NCBI GenBank assembly: GCA_937625935.1 | Contig: OW569381.1 | Coordinates: 62,001 to 126,000, forward strand | Direction of reading: 5' to 3' | From: Tetramitus jugosus | Lineage: Eukaryota; Protista; Heterolobosea | Length of the DNA stretch: 64,000 nt | Shown here: piece after piece, positions 62,395 through 64,000 of the stretch | Position numbering within the stretch: the first letter of the stretch is position 1 | How the letters are laid out: every line of letters starts with the position of its first letter | Made by a program: the position numbers and the translations under genes | Notes under the pieces: model-generated | What the model was told of the DNA's origin: nothing | The model's database searches: none | Seen by the model: the letters and a program-made list of their open reading frames with translations, nothing else

Positions 62395-64000
62395 TTAGTG
62401 CGTGCAGTGAACCAAGCACTTTTTGTTGAAATCGTACAGCCTGGAGTAATAGAAATGTTTGTCACCAGATCCAGCAGATGCTTGGGATGATGTGTTATCT
62501 TCACCAAACTTCCATTGAAGGTAGTCATCGTAGGTCATCACGTGCACCTTCTCAACAATGTTCCTCACATCAATACGCTCTAATTCGTTCGTTGAATAGA
62601 GTTCATCTTCCCCGAATGGCTCTTGAGCCTGACGGTTAGACAAAATAATATCCCTTGACTGTGGATGCAGGAACTGTTTGACTTCAATCAAGCACTCACC
62701 CTTGTCTTCGATCACAGAATGGATCTGACCAATGAATTCACCTTTTGTTCCCGGTTTCCGATACAAGACGCCTTCTTTCACTTCGTAGTTCACGCTACTT
62801 ATCGTAACAGATGAATAGTATTCCAAACCATTGGATGTTGATTTACCTAACGAACCAAACAACAACCACGGTTTTCGGGCACTTCGTTTGTTCTCATTTT
62901 TTGTTGTTCCTGTTGTTGTGCGGCTCAGAGCTGATTGAGCAGTTGATTCGGATGAAGTGCTTGCTTGTTGTGCGACATACTCTTCACCATCAGATTCAGA
63001 TACAGTTGATTGCTGAGAGTCTGCCTGAGCCAACTCGGTTGCAAACTTCAAATCAGCTTCCAGTTGCTCCTGCTCTCTTCTCCGTCGATCTTCAATGAAA
63101 GCATCATGGGAGTTGATGACACGGGCGGGCAATGATGGATTTGTCAATAGAAAACCCAGTCGATTGGTATCAATCAACGGTGTATCATCACGTGCAACGA
63201 GCTCATTGATTGCATCCTCAGACATGTGCCGCATCAGAAACGCACGTTGCTTTCTAATCTTTTTCTGCAATTGTTCATTTGATCGCTTTAAAATTTTCAA
63301 ATCCTGTTGCAACGATCTCCCATTCTGAACAATAGAATTCTTCCAGAATGAGAACAGAAATGATTGATACTGAGAACGGAGAAATATAGATTGAAGGCCA
63401 GTTTCGTTTGACGCATAAGGAGTCAATTCGTTCGGGCTATGGTTACATTGATGGCGACTATACTTTTTGTTCAAATTGATAAATGTTTCACAATTTTCCA
63501 AGAATGCAGTATGGAGTGTGTTTTGCATCTCGACACGAATCTCTGGCGTAATCAATGGCTGATGATTCACAGTGCACATGACACTAATCGCTTCCAATGA
63601 TTGTCGATCGCCATTGTCATTCACTCCGGCAGCACAAGTAGCACCTTGATCCATCACATTGCTACCTGTTTGCCGCGTTCGAAAACAGTTAAAATAAAAC
63701 GAATGCTTATCACTACTGTTACTACTCGTACTCTCATCATAATACGCCGAACAAATAATTCCAAGTGCATACGGTGCTTGCATTTGCATTTCATGTTGCA
63801 TATTCAAGTCTTTCACACTGGGGAATGGAGGTATGCGCGGATGAGAGTGATACCATCCCACAAAAATCAATCCCTTTTCTGAAAAATTGTTCTGAGCCTT
63901 GACAACTTCGTTTCCGTCACACTCTACACCATCAATAGCCATATTGTTCACATCTCTCACACTGGCACAATAATGTTTAATGTGAACAATGTTGTGTTCA
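62395..64000 (-). CDS. JAMM/MPN+ metalloprotease (BRCC36/MYSM1-like) with C-terminal BAH-like domain; 5' end outside window
   Basis: VGWYHSHP...PSVKDL JAMM motif; frame open to the window edge; C-terminal IGQI...GEDELYST...IVEKVHV...FYYSRLYD BAH pattern. Confidence 0.8.
   Translation of the reverse strand, partial: EHNIVHIKHYCASVRDVNNMAIDGVECDGNEVVKAQNNFSEKGLIFVGWYHSHPRIPPFPSVKDLNMQHEMQMQAPYALGIICSAYYDESTSSNSSDKHSFYFNCFRTRQTGSNVMDQGATCAAGVNDNGDRQSLEAISVMCTVNHQPLITPEIRVEMQNTLHTAFLENCETFINLNKKYSRHQCNHSPNELTPYASNETGLQSIFLRSQYQSFLFSFWKNSIVQNGRSLQQDLKILKRSNEQLQKKIRKQRAFLMRHMSEDAINELVARDDTPLIDTNRLGFLLTNPSLPARVINSHDAFIEDRRRREQEQLEADLKFATELAQADSQQSTVSESDGEEYVAQQASTSSESTAQSALSRTTTGTTKNENKRSARKPWLLFGSLGKSTSNGLEYYSSVTISSVNYEVKEGVLYRKPGTKGEFIGQIHSVIEDKGECLIEVKQFLHPQSRDIILSNRQAQEPFGEDELYSTNELERIDVRNIVEKVHVMTYDDYLQWKFGEDNTSSQASAGSGDKHFYYSRLYDFNKKCLVHCTH

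Overview
Gene-dense, intron-poor microbial eukaryote DNA. Short GT-AG introns with CTAAC/CTAAT-like branch points, Naegleria-style EGF and Zn2Cys6 proteins, NPSN and DNAAF5 suggest a heterolobosean amoeboflagellate; this taxonomy is inference. The window holds about 27 protein genes (RNase Z, NPSN-like SNARE, exportin-4, DNAAF5, LMBRD2, MFS, GH20, BaiN flavoprotein, RAD5-like ATPase, SDHAF2, BCS1-like, SCaMC carrier, PTP, four F-box fusions, a JAMM-BAH protein and others) and five tRNA genes (Ser-GCT, Arg-TCG, Asn-GTT, Asp-GTC, Tyr-GTA). Main result: each of the five tRNA genes has a member of one non-LTR retroelement family starting about 43-57 bp upstream, always with its 5' end facing the tRNA 5' end, at target sites that share no sequence. 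Eight insertions can be read: ORF1-only non-autonomous copies with poly(A) (one intact, with a 16-bp flanking duplication), decayed ORF1-APE-RT relics, and 5'-truncated ORF2 tails. The best-preserved 3' ends share a terminal stem-loop. This resembles a position-specific, tRNA-gene-targeted LINE system like dictyostelid TRE5, apparently in a different lineage. A CACTA-like DNA element with 14-bp TIRs is nested inside one copy's 3' stem-loop. All assignments come from manual reading and motif recognition; no searches were run.
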